Assembly (NCBI GenBank): GCA_951406725.2
Contig: OX597815.1
Coordinates: forward strand, 108,438,001 to 108,502,000
Length of the DNA stretch: 64,000 nt
Direction of reading: 5' to 3'
DNA from: Octopus vulgaris
Lineage: Eukaryota
Below, piece by piece: positions 48,440-64,000 of the stretch. The notes beneath the pieces are model-generated. The model saw only the letters and a list, made by a program, of their open reading frames with translations, was not told where the DNA came from and ran no database searches. How positions within the stretch are numbered: position 1 is the first letter of the stretch; each line of letters opens with the position of its first letter. Both the position numbers and the translations under genes were made by a program.

Positions 48440-50087
48440 CAATGTAAACCAAATGTCATACATTGAGGCTCAAATAACCAAATAGAGAGATACAGGAAAT
48501 TCAAGATGGGTACTGGAAACTGGACTATATATGCAGAAAGTAATGAGTAAAGAAGTAAGAAAAAGATGGCCAGCAATAAAAGACACCAAAAGAAGGAATC
48601 TATGACAAATGACTAGGAAAGTTGATTCTGTTATCAGTAGGATAGATACTAAAATTATAGAAGACACTAACTTATTGATCTATGCAGGAGTAGTAGTTAT
48701 CAGGAGATTAGATATCTCACAGGGAAAGATTGAAAAAGAGCAAATGTGAAAAAGGAGACTACAAAATAAAGTGAATATCTTAAGACAATATAAGCCAGGA
48801 AAACAAACAAGTTAGGAAACACAAGAGGCAAATTTTGCCTCGAGGAAAGATACTTAGTCAAAGAGAAAGGATTTGGGATAATAATAGAAGAGTTGAAACA
48901 GCGTATCATAACAGTAGCAAGCAAGCTGTTCAGATATCAGAGAAGAATAGATCATTATCAACAGAATAGATTATTTGTGACAGAGCAGAGGAGATTTTAA
49001 AACCAAATAAATAGTGGAGAACGAAGTACTGAAGATGAGAAACCTAATGCAGAAGAAGTTAGAAAGTTCTGAAGTAATATTTGGGATAAACCAGTCGATC
49101 ATAATGGAGATGAAGTATGGTTAAACAAATTGAGGGAAGAAGTAGTGAGTGAGAAGCAGCCAGATTTAAGATTAACTAGTGAATTAATGAGTAAAGTGTT
49201 AGGAAAATGCTGAATTGGAAGGACCCAGGACGAGATTTAGTTCAAGGGTACTGGCTAAAGAGATTTAGTAGTTTACATAGGAGGCTGAGGAAACAACTTC
49301 AGGATTGCCTTAATGGAGGAATGATACCAGTTTGGATGACTACAGAGAGGACAATACTCATCATGAAAGATAAGAGCAAGGGTAATACAGCTAGCAACTA
49401 TAGACCAATCATTTGCTTACCATCAGCGTAGAAGCTGTTAATATGAATGCTTTCAGAAAGCATTTATGAGCGCCTTGACAACCTGAATTTACTACCAGAA
49501 GAACAGAAAGGTTGCAGGAAGAACTCTAGAGAAATGCATGATCTATCATATATAGACAAAGCAGTTCTAAATGAAGTAAAAGCTAGAAAGAAAAATCTAA
49601 CAATAACATGGATAGATTATAGGAAAGCCTATGACATGATCCCACACTCATGGATAAGTGAATGTTTGAGTATAATCAGTATAACAGACAACATAAGAGA
49701 ATTAATTAGCTTTAGCATGAAGAAATGGAAAGTAGATCTCTACTCAGGTGAGACACTCTTAGTGAAAGCTAATATCAAAAGAGGAATTTTCCAGAGGGCC
49801 TCGTTATCCCCTTTAATATTTGTCTTATAGTTGATCCTCCTCAGTTTAGGAAGGCAAAGGCAGGGTTTCAATTCAGAAGTAGTAATGGAAAAATTAACCA
49901 TTTGTGCTACATGGATGATCTGAAGCTTTTTAGTAAGAATGAAAAAGAGATAGCCATGGAATTTGACATAGATAAGTGTGCAATATTAGTAATACGAAGG
50001 GAACAGGTAGTCAACAGCAAAGGCATCCAAATACCAGATGACCAGACATTAAAATCACTGAAAGAAGGAAAGAGTATGAAAATCTGA
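48440..50087 (+). pseudogene. R4/Dong-like LINE reverse transcriptase region, decayed
   Basis: NWKDPGRDLVQGYWLK, NYRPIICLP, EEQKGC, WIDYRKAYDMIPHSWI, KRGIFQRASLSPLIF, HLCYMDDLKLF; several stops. Confidence 0.88.
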
Positions 50088-50239
50088 AAGCCTTTCATCA
50101 TAGCTCGGTTAGATCAAGCCTGACCTGGGGCTATATTCAGCCACTTCAACAACAATGGAAACAACAACGGCAAAGATGATGATGATGATAGTGATGTTGG
50201 CACCCTGCTGCCACACTTACCAACAATTATGTCTGTAAT

Positions 50240-51630
<1,391 letters not shown>

Positions 51631-51692
51631 TTTTCCCACCAATCATCACTGTTCAAAGCAATGCAAGACATTCCTGCTATGACCATCCCATC

Positions 51693-51731
<39 letters not shown>

Positions 51732-52129
51732 ACATAGGAGTAAATCATTTAATATGTCCACTCCTTTTGAAGACAGTTGGGTGTAATTTCAGGGAGATGT
51801 GGTTGCTATTTCTAGCAGATCAATCAGCCTCATAAAAGGGCCTTCAAGAATGTTGTCAAATAGCCTCAGATTAGTCCTGATGGGGCAAAATTATGACTGA
51901 AGGCTTTCCAGATATGACCATCATGTCTTTTTGAGGGTGTGTAGAACTATATTATCTAATAGGTCTTGCTCATTGTTTGTTTTTTTTTTAATAAAAGGTA
52001 TGGTTTGAGGGAGATTTGGTTGCTTCATTTAGAAGTTCCTTCAAAGAACATTGTAGAAATGAAGAAGAAATAAAAGATAGGAAATAAAGAAGAAATTGAA
52101 AATCAGTGAAATAGAAAAACTGAAAGTGA

Positions 52130-52460
52130 AATGAAAGGAATGAAAGAAAGAGAAAAGGAAGAATAGAAGCAAGAAAGAAAGAAAGAAAGGAAGGAAGGTG
52201 GGAAGTGAGAGAGAGTGAGATTTTGAGAGAGAGAGAGAGTGAGAGAGAGTGGGAGAGATAGAGTGAGAGAGAGTGAAAGAGAGAATGAAAGAGTGAGAGT
52301 GAGTGTGAGAGAGTGTGAGAAAGACTGAGAGAGTGAGAGAGAATGAGAGAATGAAAGAGAGAGGGAGAGAGTGAAAGAATGAGAGAGAGTGAAAGAGAGA
52401 GTGAGACAGAGAGAGAGAGAAGCAGATAAGAAAGCAAGAAATATGAATGAAAGAATGAAA
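52130..52460. repeat. GA-rich polypurine tract
   Basis: Directly visible; a second tract lies at 53130-53510. Confidence 0.9.
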
Positions 52461-52724
52461 AAATTAATAGTATAAGAATGAAAATGTGTTTGATCATGAG
52501 TCTGATGGTGGCTGACCAAGGGTTAAACAATAACAAAAACAAATTTTAAGAAAACGCATTCAGTCTGGAGGGAGCCTCTACATAGACGTTTGACTTGCTA
52601 AAAATAGTAATCAAGTGAAGATTAAAAAGAAACTAAGGTTGAAGAAATGAGTTAAAATTAGAGTTAAACTATGAAATTGAGAGAAGAAAGAAAAGAAAGA
52701 AGGGAAGAATGAATCCTTAATATA

Positions 52725-52870
52725 GGTGCAGGAGTGGCTGTGTGGTAAGTAGCTTGCTTCTAGGTTCAGTCCCACTGCGTGGCAACTTGGGCAAGTGTCT
52801 TCTACCATAGCCTTGGGCTGACCAAAGCCGTGTGAGTGAATTTGGCAGACAGAAACTGAAAGAAGCCCAT

Positions 52871-52917
<47 letters not shown>

Positions 52918-53130
52918 ATGTTTGTGTGTCTGTGTTTGTCACCCCCAACCCATCATTTGGCAACCAATGTTGGTGTGTTTAAGTTCCCATAACTTAGCGG
53001 TTTGGCAAAAGAAACTGATAGAATAAGTACTGGGCTTAAGAAAGAATAAGTCTCAGGGTAGACTTATTCGACTGAAAGCAGTGCTCCAGCATGGCCGCAG
53101 TCAAATGACTGAAACAAATAAAAGAATAAA
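52725..53130 (+). mobile_element. SINE family A
   Basis: ggtgcaggagtggctgtgtggtaag ... gctccagcatggccgcagtcaaatgactgaaac. Confidence 0.85.
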
Positions 53131-53545
53131 AGGGAGGGTAAAGAAAAAGTAGAAAACAAAACAGGAGAGAAGGAGAGAGAGGGAGAGAAAGAAGGGGAGA
53201 GAGAGGGAGGGAGAGAGAGGAAGTTTTTATAAAGGAAGAAGTAAAGAACTGAAAGAAATGTAAGGACCAAAGAGGAAAGAATGAATGAAGATGGTAAGAG
53301 ATAGAGAGTCAGGAAATGAAAGAAGAGAGGGACAGACGGACAGAATAACATGGGAGAGGAAAAAGGAAAGAGGGACAGAGAGAGAGAGAGAGAGAGAAAG
53401 AGAGATGGAGAGAAGATCTAAGAAGAAAAAAGAATGAATAAAATAGAAAGAGAGGAAGAGAGATAGAGAAGTGAGAGAGAGAGAGAGAGAGAGAGAAAGT
53501 GGAAGAAAAATGCACCAAGACATATACATATATATTTGTGTGTGT

Positions 53546-53592
<47 letters not shown>

Positions 53593-55099
53593 TACACACA
53601 CACACACAAACATGTATACACACAAACACACACATATATACAGGTACGTGTATGTGTGTATAAATATACACATACACACAAGCTCACACACACACAAACA
53701 TACATACACACATGTACATGTATGTACAAACATACACATACAAGCATACACACACACACACATACACAAATATACATGAGAGACAGGAAGAACAACAGAA
53801 AGAGGCAGAGAAAGATTTCTTTCCTATGTTTTGACTTTCAGAGAGAAAGAAAGAGAGAGAGAGGGGGGGGGAAAGAAAGGAATGAGAGAAGGAAAGATTA
53901 GGAGAAAGATAAATACATATATAGAAAGAAAGAAGGAAATCATTTATCTAAGTGATTAAAGGAATGAGTGAATGAATAAGCTATGAAAGAATGACCAAAT
54001 AGACGTTTGAATGAATGACTGAATGAACGAACGAACGAACGAGCAAATGAGCGAATGAGTTCCTGGGCCTGGTGAACAGAATTGATGAAAGTATATTAGT
54101 AGGAGCGACAGTAGTGTTTGGTATACATGATTAGGGGGGGAGCCGGGGATGGTTGAAGATAGTGGTTAGTTTGTGATGGTGGTGGTGGTGGTGGTGGTGG
54201 TGGTATGCTGTAGTTTAGTGGTTGTAGAGGTAAGAGTAGGGTTAGTGGATGTAACGCTGGCAGCAGTGATTGGCGAGTTGTAGTTGGATGGTGGTGGCGG
54301 TGGTGGATGGATGGAAGCAACCCATTTGTGTGTGTGTGACAGCAGTGTAAAAAAAGATGGTATCTGCTGGTAAGTAGTGGTGGTCGTAGTCTTGATGGTT
54401 GTATTATGTTGTGGAACAGTTGACACTAGTGTAGTTGCTGTTAGTGTTGTTATTACTGCTGCTGCTGTTGTTATTGTTGTTGTTGCAGTTTAGCCACAAG
54501 ACATTCCTGATAGAGTAAGTAGCTCGATAGTTGAAAGGCACTCCACCTGTGGCCATCCCATCGTTTTCTTATGTGTGCAAAGAACCCAGGACCTCATAGT
54601 CCTTTTCTAAAACACTCAACGCAGAAAAGAGTTGGGAGACATTTGAGTGCTATTTCTAGCAGACTCCCTCGTTGATTCATTGTACACTGGTGACAAGTTG
54701 AAGTATGACTTGTGTATAGGCTGTAGTATATTCACAGATAGAATCTGGTGGTGTATAGTAGCAAAGTTAGGGTGATACTAAGTGCACAGGTGGTAGCTTT
54801 AGTGGTGGTCTAACACCTCTACAACTATAGTTGGTGCATTGTGCTGGTGATGTTGCTGTAGTATTACAGTGGTAGCATGCAGTGTTACAGTGGTAGCATG
54901 GTGATGTTTTGGTGTGGAGTAGAGGCTATAGTATACTTGGTAGTAGTATTATAGAAATGGTATTGTTTAGGTAGTAGTATTATGGTGTGTGACTGTAGCA
55001 ATGACACACAGTGATATTACAGAGATGGTATTGGTAGGAATATTGTAGTTGTCGTACTAATCAGTTGGTTTTGTGTATTGGGTGTAGTACAACAAGTGG

Positions 55100-57160
<2,061 letters not shown>

Positions 57161-57289
57161 GAGGTCGGTGCTATCGAACTCCGTTGATTCATTGGAGGAG
57201 AATCAGGTTAGACTGTTCTTCTATTTCGATTTTGGTATTTATTTATTTCTAGGTGGAGATATATCACAACTGCTATCTACACACACACA

Positions 57290-57370
57290 CACGTGCATAT
57301 AAATATATATTTATATGTGTGTTCATATATATGTATGTGTATATATACATATATATTCGTAAACTCTCCC

Positions 57371-57460
<90 letters not shown>

Positions 57461-57686
57461 CATACATGTGTGTGTGTATTGGTAATGTAAAAATAAGGAG
57501 AATTTAAGAAACCCACTCACTCACCCACATCTCAAAAACGTGTTCATATACACAAACTCAGGCATATGCACATAAATCAATCTTTCTACATATGCATAGA
57601 TATTTATGTGTATGTATACGCATATGTATATATATATATATATGTATGAACATATGTGTGTGTGTGTGCATGAATGTGTGTATGGA

Positions 57687-57718
<32 letters not shown>

Positions 57719-57959
57719 GATAGATAGATAGACATATTATATTCATATATAAATGCATAAAAATATATGTATGTATATAAAGATAACACCAGTCTTATAC
57801 ATTCAAACATTGGCATACTTGTATGTGTACGAATACAAATATATGAATATGTATGCATACACAGTAGAGCTTATATGCACATTATGTACTGGCGTTTTGA
57901 ATCATAAACACATTCAAATTCATACATATATATATATATATGTGTGTACATATATGTAT

Positions 57960-57999
<40 letters not shown>

Positions 58000-58028
58000 G
58001 ACTGAATATACATGTTTATATATATGTG

Positions 58029-58103
<75 letters not shown>

Positions 58104-58235
58104 GCAGCTATAGGCACATAAACATGGGCACATTTCTACATATATAAAAAATGCTGTTTAATTCACTCATGTTTACATACAGCCAGATACCTTTGTAGAC
58201 ACATAAAGGTTCATAGCATATATTTGACAAATCAC

Positions 58236-58278
<43 letters not shown>

Positions 58279-58355
58279 GTGTGTGTATATATTTATATAT
58301 ATTTATGTATATGCATATATATATGTATATATATATATGCATGTATATACATGTA

Positions 58356-58400
<45 letters not shown>

Positions 58401-58697
58401 TACAAACACATATACACACTCTCTCTCTCATTGAGTGAAACAGGCAGATTCATACATAGTCATGTACTATACATGCACAAGCAGAACTCATTCTCATACA
58501 TATGGAATATCATGCCTACATTTATATGCGCACACATATAAGTATACAAACAATATTCACAGTATGCACGCACATACACACACATCTATAAAGGCATATA
58601 CATATCCACAAATACATATAGATATATGTATATATATATATCTATGTGTGTATGTACACATATGTGTGTAGGTGTGTATATATATATTTATATATGC

Positions 58698-58734
<37 letters not shown>

Positions 58735-58831
58735 CATATGTACATGCATTTATAGATGTGTGTGTATATATATACATTTATACATATATATATATATATA
58801 TACATGCATATATATATGTATATACGCATAC

Positions 58832-58873
<42 letters not shown>

Positions 58874-59097
58874 CATGATGATATTTTATATATATATACA
58901 TATATATACACACACATACATATATGCATACATATATACATACATATATACATATATATATATATACACATACATATACATATATATGTGTATATATATA
59001 TATATATACACACACATATATATGTATATGTATGCTTATATACCTATATGGATATATGCATACACACACACATATATATATATATGCATACACACAA

Positions 59098-59132
<35 letters not shown>

Positions 59133-59175
59133 CCTATATATATACATATATATATATGCATACACATATACATGC
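57290..59175. repeat. Degenerate (TA)/(CA)/(TG) alternating purine-pyrimidine region
   Basis: Directly visible. Confidence 0.9.
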
Positions 59176-59564
59176 TTACATGTTTTCAATATGAAACACA
59201 AGACTGTATAGATACGTACATTACTACATATTTGTGTAAACTTTTGTATCCACACATACAACCACCGACACTCATTTTCCATGTACATTCATGCATATGT
59301 AAATATAACAATACCAGTGGGAGCCTCTATGCAGTCATCCTATTCACTAGAAATAGTAGTGTGTCTACTCATAGTATGCTTTTCTTCATGAGGGGAGAAG
59401 TGGTGAATGGGAGCGCCAATAAGCTCTTCTCTTATACAAAATTTATGTACTCCTGGAACAGTATTAGGAGAGGCCAAAGTATAGTAAAGCATGATATGTA
59501 AATAAAGATAATAAAACAACGAAAATGTTTGCAGACTTGTATCTTTGTTTGGGGTCAGCATTGG

Positions 59565-59760
59565 TTTCAAATTTTGGCACAATGCCAGCAATTTCAGGAA
59601 AGAGGTAATTCAATTACATTGACCCCAGTGCTCAACTGGTACTTATTTTATTGACGCTGAAAGGATGGAAAGCAAAGTTGATCTTAGTGGAATTTGAACT
59701 CATAACATAAAGATGGACAAAATGTTGTGAAGCATTTCGCTTGATATGCTAATGATTCTC
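59565..59760 (-). mobile_element. SINE family B
   Basis: ttgaccccagtgctcaactggtacttatttt...ggaatttgaactc. Confidence 0.7.
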
Positions 59761-60365
59761 AGTTTGGTGTGTTATAATCATCAATCAGTTGTATTTCAGT
59801 AAATCATTAAATTGTTCACATTGCTTTCACCCAGATCTTCCTTAAAAGTTGCCTTTATTTTAAATGTCTTAAAAAAGAGAATACAGATTGGCCAATATAT
59901 TTATAAATAGTCTAAAGTACAGGATTGCTACAGCTTGACCACTTGTGAACGTAATTGTCTAGATAAGGAAGAACACCGACATAAAGAAAAATAGCAGTTG
60001 AACCTCCCATAAATCTCATACTTCCAGCTTAGATAAAGGAAGAAACATTGGAGTATATAGCCTATGATATACAAAAAGGTGGAATGATCAAAGGTGGTGA
60101 GTCTTTCACCAGATAACTACTTGCTCAGGCTGGACTGCAACTAAACAATAAATATCAATAATACAAATAAGGATATATATATATATACAGTGTACATTTA
60201 AACACATAAGAGGTATCCGTCATAGGATTCCTTGCACGCTAGAAGGAAAAGTTAAAATCCAAACCACTATTAAGGATAAATTGCAAAAGGAATGTAAAAT
60301 AAAATAATATATAGTCTATTGACTAAATTCTTTTTACATGCTAGGCCACTGGTAGTAGAAATTCA

Positions 60366-60398
<33 letters not shown>

Positions 60399-60417
60399 GT
60401 ACATATATGTTTATATA

Positions 60418-60795
60418 AGACCAGTTGAATCAAGTAAAATTGTAGTTGTGGCTGATGTCAGTGCCGTCTGAGTGGTACCTGTGCTCTTAGCATGTAATGA
60501 GCACCATTCAAGCATGGGTCAATGCCAGTGCTGCATGACTGGCTCTTTGTACCAGCGGCATGTAAAAAGCACTATCCAAATACTAGTGCTGCCTGACTGG
60601 CTCTCATGCCAGTAGTATATAAAAAGCACCCACTACACTCTTATAGTGATTGATATTAGGAAGGACATCTAGCTGTAGAAACCTTGCCTGATCCGATTGG
60701 AGTCTGGTACAGCCTACTTGCTTGCTAGTCTTCAGTTAAGCTGTCCAACCCATGCTAGCATGGGAAATGGATGTTAAACAATGATGATGATGATA
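60418..60795 (+). mobile_element. RTE-type 3' UTR fragment
   Basis: Sub-repeats, aaaagcacccactacactct and (GAT)n tail. Confidence 0.75.
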
Positions 60796-60927
60796 TATAG
60801 AACACATAAATATACAGGTATATACATTATCATCATTGTATACCAAATTCCCATGGCTGGGAAGCAAGCTTCTCAACCACACAACCATGTCTGTACCTAT
60901 AAACATTAATTAATGTATTAGTTAGAT

Positions 60928-61315
60928 GTAGACGTAGGTGTGTGGTAAGAAGCTTGCTTTCCAATGTCATGGTTCCGGGTTCAGTCCCACGTTGTGACAC
61001 CTTGGGCAAGTGTCTTCTACTATAGCCTCAGGCCAACAAAAGCCTTATGAGAGGATTTGGTAGATGGAAACTAAAAGAAGTCCATCATGTGTGAGTATAT
61101 GTGTGCAAGTGTTTGTGTGTGTGCATGCCTGTGTATATGGGTGTGTATGTGTGTCTGTGTTTATGCCCCATTAACCTAGCTCTTCAGCAAAAGAGACTGA
61201 TAGAATAAGTGACAGACATTGCAAAAAAAATACTAGGATTGATTTGTTTAACTAACATTCTTAAGGGCAATACTCCAGAATGGCTGTTGTCTAATGACTG
61301 AAACAAGTAAAAGAG
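60928..61315 (+). mobile_element. SINE family A, diverged
   Basis: ggttccgggttcagtcccac...cttgggcaagtgtcttctactatagcc...gactgaaacaagtaaaagag. Confidence 0.78.
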
Positions 61316-61505
61316 GAAAGATAATGCAAGGAAATGGATCTCAGTAAGTTTTTAGCATTTAACGTTCAGTTGTTTAATCAACCTAATTGCCTGCTCGCTA
61401 AATTGATATGTAAGTGGACGAGTATTCCACTGACATACTTCTGTAGCATAATGCTCAGTCACAATGTTTGCAATACACTGTAATTCAAAGGAATTACAGA
61501 CTTAA

Positions 61506-61670
61506 GGCGCAGGAGTGGCTGTGTGGTAAGTAGTTTGCTTACCAACCACATGGTTCTGGGTTCAGTCCCACTGCGTGGCATCTTGGGCAAGTGTCTTCTG
61601 CTATAGCCCCGGGCCAACCAATGCCTTGTGAGTGGATTTGGTAGACAGAAACTGAAAGAAGCCTGTCGTA

Positions 61671-61713
<43 letters not shown>

Positions 61714-61931
61714 ATATATGTTTGTGTGTCTGTGTTTGTCCTCCTAGCATTGCTTGACAACAGATGCTGGTGTGTTTATGTCCCCGTTACTTAGCGGTTC
61801 GGCAAAAGAGACCGATAGAATAAGTACTAGGCTTACAAAAGAATAAGTCCCGGGGTCGGGCTGCTCGATTAAAGGCGGTGCTCCAGCATGGCCGCAGTCA
61901 ACTGACTGAAACAAGTAAAAGAGTAAAGAGT
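61506..61931 (+). mobile_element. SINE family A, full length, CpG-rich (probably young)
   Basis: Complete head, internal microsatellite and CR1-like tail. Confidence 0.88.
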
Positions 61932-62955
61932 TAAATCCACCTGACCGGGTTTCACTAAGTTTTTGTCTTCTCAGTTTTAGTTATAAAGCTGGGTATAAGA
62001 AGTTTCAGCTCAGCTGTTTCGGTGCCACTTTTTTTATTTGACATTGCTGATTCCAGGCTGACTTATTTGAAAGAAACCATTTTAAGGCTTTGCTTGACCT
62101 CTCTCTCTCTCCCCACCTCTCTCTCTCTGTTTATGTGTGTGAGAATTTAGTTATGTTTGTATGCGTCAGTAATGTCTCTCTCTTCCTCATCTCTCTGAGT
62201 CTCTCTGTCAGAGTATGTTTCTGTATTCATGTGCATATGAATGTGCCTGTGTGTATGTATGTGCATATGCTTTGTGTTTGCATGTGTGTGTGTACATGCA
62301 TGTGTGCATGTATATGTGTGTGTGCATATGTATATGTGTGTGCATGCACATGTGTATGAGTGTGTGTGTGTATTTGCATGTGTGTATGTGTATGTGTGTG
62401 TGTGTGTGTGTGAATACCCCCTGTGCCAGAATGCATTTCTGTCAAAACAGGTTAAATGTCCACTCAGCCATGCCAAAATTCTCACTGTCCAAACAACCAT
62501 GATCACCAATTACCTCATTCCACACAAGGCTTGAACTGACCTGAGGATGTTTTAGATGATACTTGTTCAAGAGACAGTCTAACAGAACTGGAGATTTGTG
62601 ATTGCAAGCCAAAATTCTTAACCATTCAACCATTCTGCATCGATTTATATTTCATATTATAATTTTATATAAACATATACACATGCATACACATACATAC
62701 AAGAACACTCATACATAAACACATGAACACACGCAATAACAACATCATCATACATGGTCATAGAAGCAGGAAGCACTCATAAATCTCTACGTAGTTCTTA
62801 CTCCATATTCTCAACTGCATCCAATAAAAAGCCGTCTTTCTATAGGATGCAGTTGATTGACACACATTGTACCAACACTCTCCATCCAACCATTTGTTGG
62901 CCATCAGCTCTGCTTTCATCTCTCTTTCTGTCTTTCTCTCTCACTCTATCAGTCA

Positions 62956-62993
<38 letters not shown>

Positions 62994-63026
62994 TACACAT
63001 ACAAATATATACACACACACACACAC

Positions 63027-63088
<62 letters not shown>

Positions 63089-63225
63089 GTACACACACAC
63101 ATATATATGATTCTATGTATATAGCTCATCATCATCCTTATTTTCCTTATTTTTTAACATCTATTTTTCCATCCTTGAACGGGTCTGACATACACTATAT
63201 GTATGTATGTATATATGTGTGTATG

Positions 63226-63259
<34 letters not shown>

Positions 63260-63640
63260 TGTATGTATGTATTTATGTATGTATGTATGTATGTATGCAT
63301 GCATGTATGCATGTATGTATGTATATATACATATATACATGTATGTAGGTATATATACTTATATATTTTGCCCTTTGATTATCATGTTAGTATTTTCCTT
63401 ATATATAGTGTCTTGATAACTTCTTTTTTAAACATCCTGACCCCTCCTTCAAATTGCAACTGCCCCTTAATGAATTGTAGTATTTCCTAGACCATTACTA
63501 GCTCAGTCTTTTATCTACCGACCCTGTAGCCCCTGATGGTAAATTATTTGCTCTTAGCATATTGGGCTTCTAGATCATTTGTCTAAGCCATGTTTTCTTT
63601 CCTTTTCCTTCTTCCTTTTTTTTGTGCTGTATGCTCTTGT

Positions 63641-63690
63641 TTTTCACTCTGATGAAGATCCGTTGCCTTAATTCGAATGTCCTGTGAAAA
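63641..63690 (+). ncRNA. Degenerate hammerhead-like motif
   Basis: ttttcac t CTGATGA ... GAA tgtc c t gtgaaaa; the closing stem is good, but stems II and III are weak. Confidence 0.3.
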
Positions 63691-64000
63691 TGAAGAACTT
63701 TATTCTCACATATATTTATAGACTGCATTTTGGCAATCCAATCAGTAATGGCCATAAGGTATGTTACGTCACCTATTTACTTATGTCATACTTTGTATTA
63801 AAATATAACCTATAAATGTGGTTCAATCAATGTGTTGGTTAATCTGTAGTTTTCTCCATTTTCTATTTATTTGTATTGGTTCCTGATAAACTCTTGTTTA
63901 TCCTATTGTTATCTGCACTCTACATGCATGGTGTGCCTACATATCAATGCCCGGAGATAATACGGGTAACGGATACCGATAGTATATACAGATATTTTAT

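Noticed and set aside
58626-59501. 291-aa Tyr/Ile-rich ORF
   Set aside because: Mostly alternating TA/CA repeat translation

Overview
This is AT-rich, repeat-saturated eukaryotic DNA, either intergenic or deep intronic. No intact host gene could be supported. Nearly all long ORFs in the track are microsatellite translation artefacts. The repeat families resemble those I recognise from octopus (coleoid cephalopod) genomes; that assignment is inference. The window contains decayed non-LTR retrotransposons (RTE, CR1-like, R4/Dong-like, Penelope-like), several SINE families, two MITEs and many di-, tri- and tetranucleotide tracts. The most notable signal is a set of sequence-unrelated short cassettes sitting in (TA)n tracts, arranged as tandem and/or inverted repeats. 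Several carry minimal type I hammerhead ribozyme motifs: one canonical core at 41662-41703, three copies with a compensatory U3-A8 core at 2322-2854, and C4 variants at 18720-18937. This matches Penelope-like element termini or non-autonomous derivatives. Coordinates were read by eye, so element edges are approximate.
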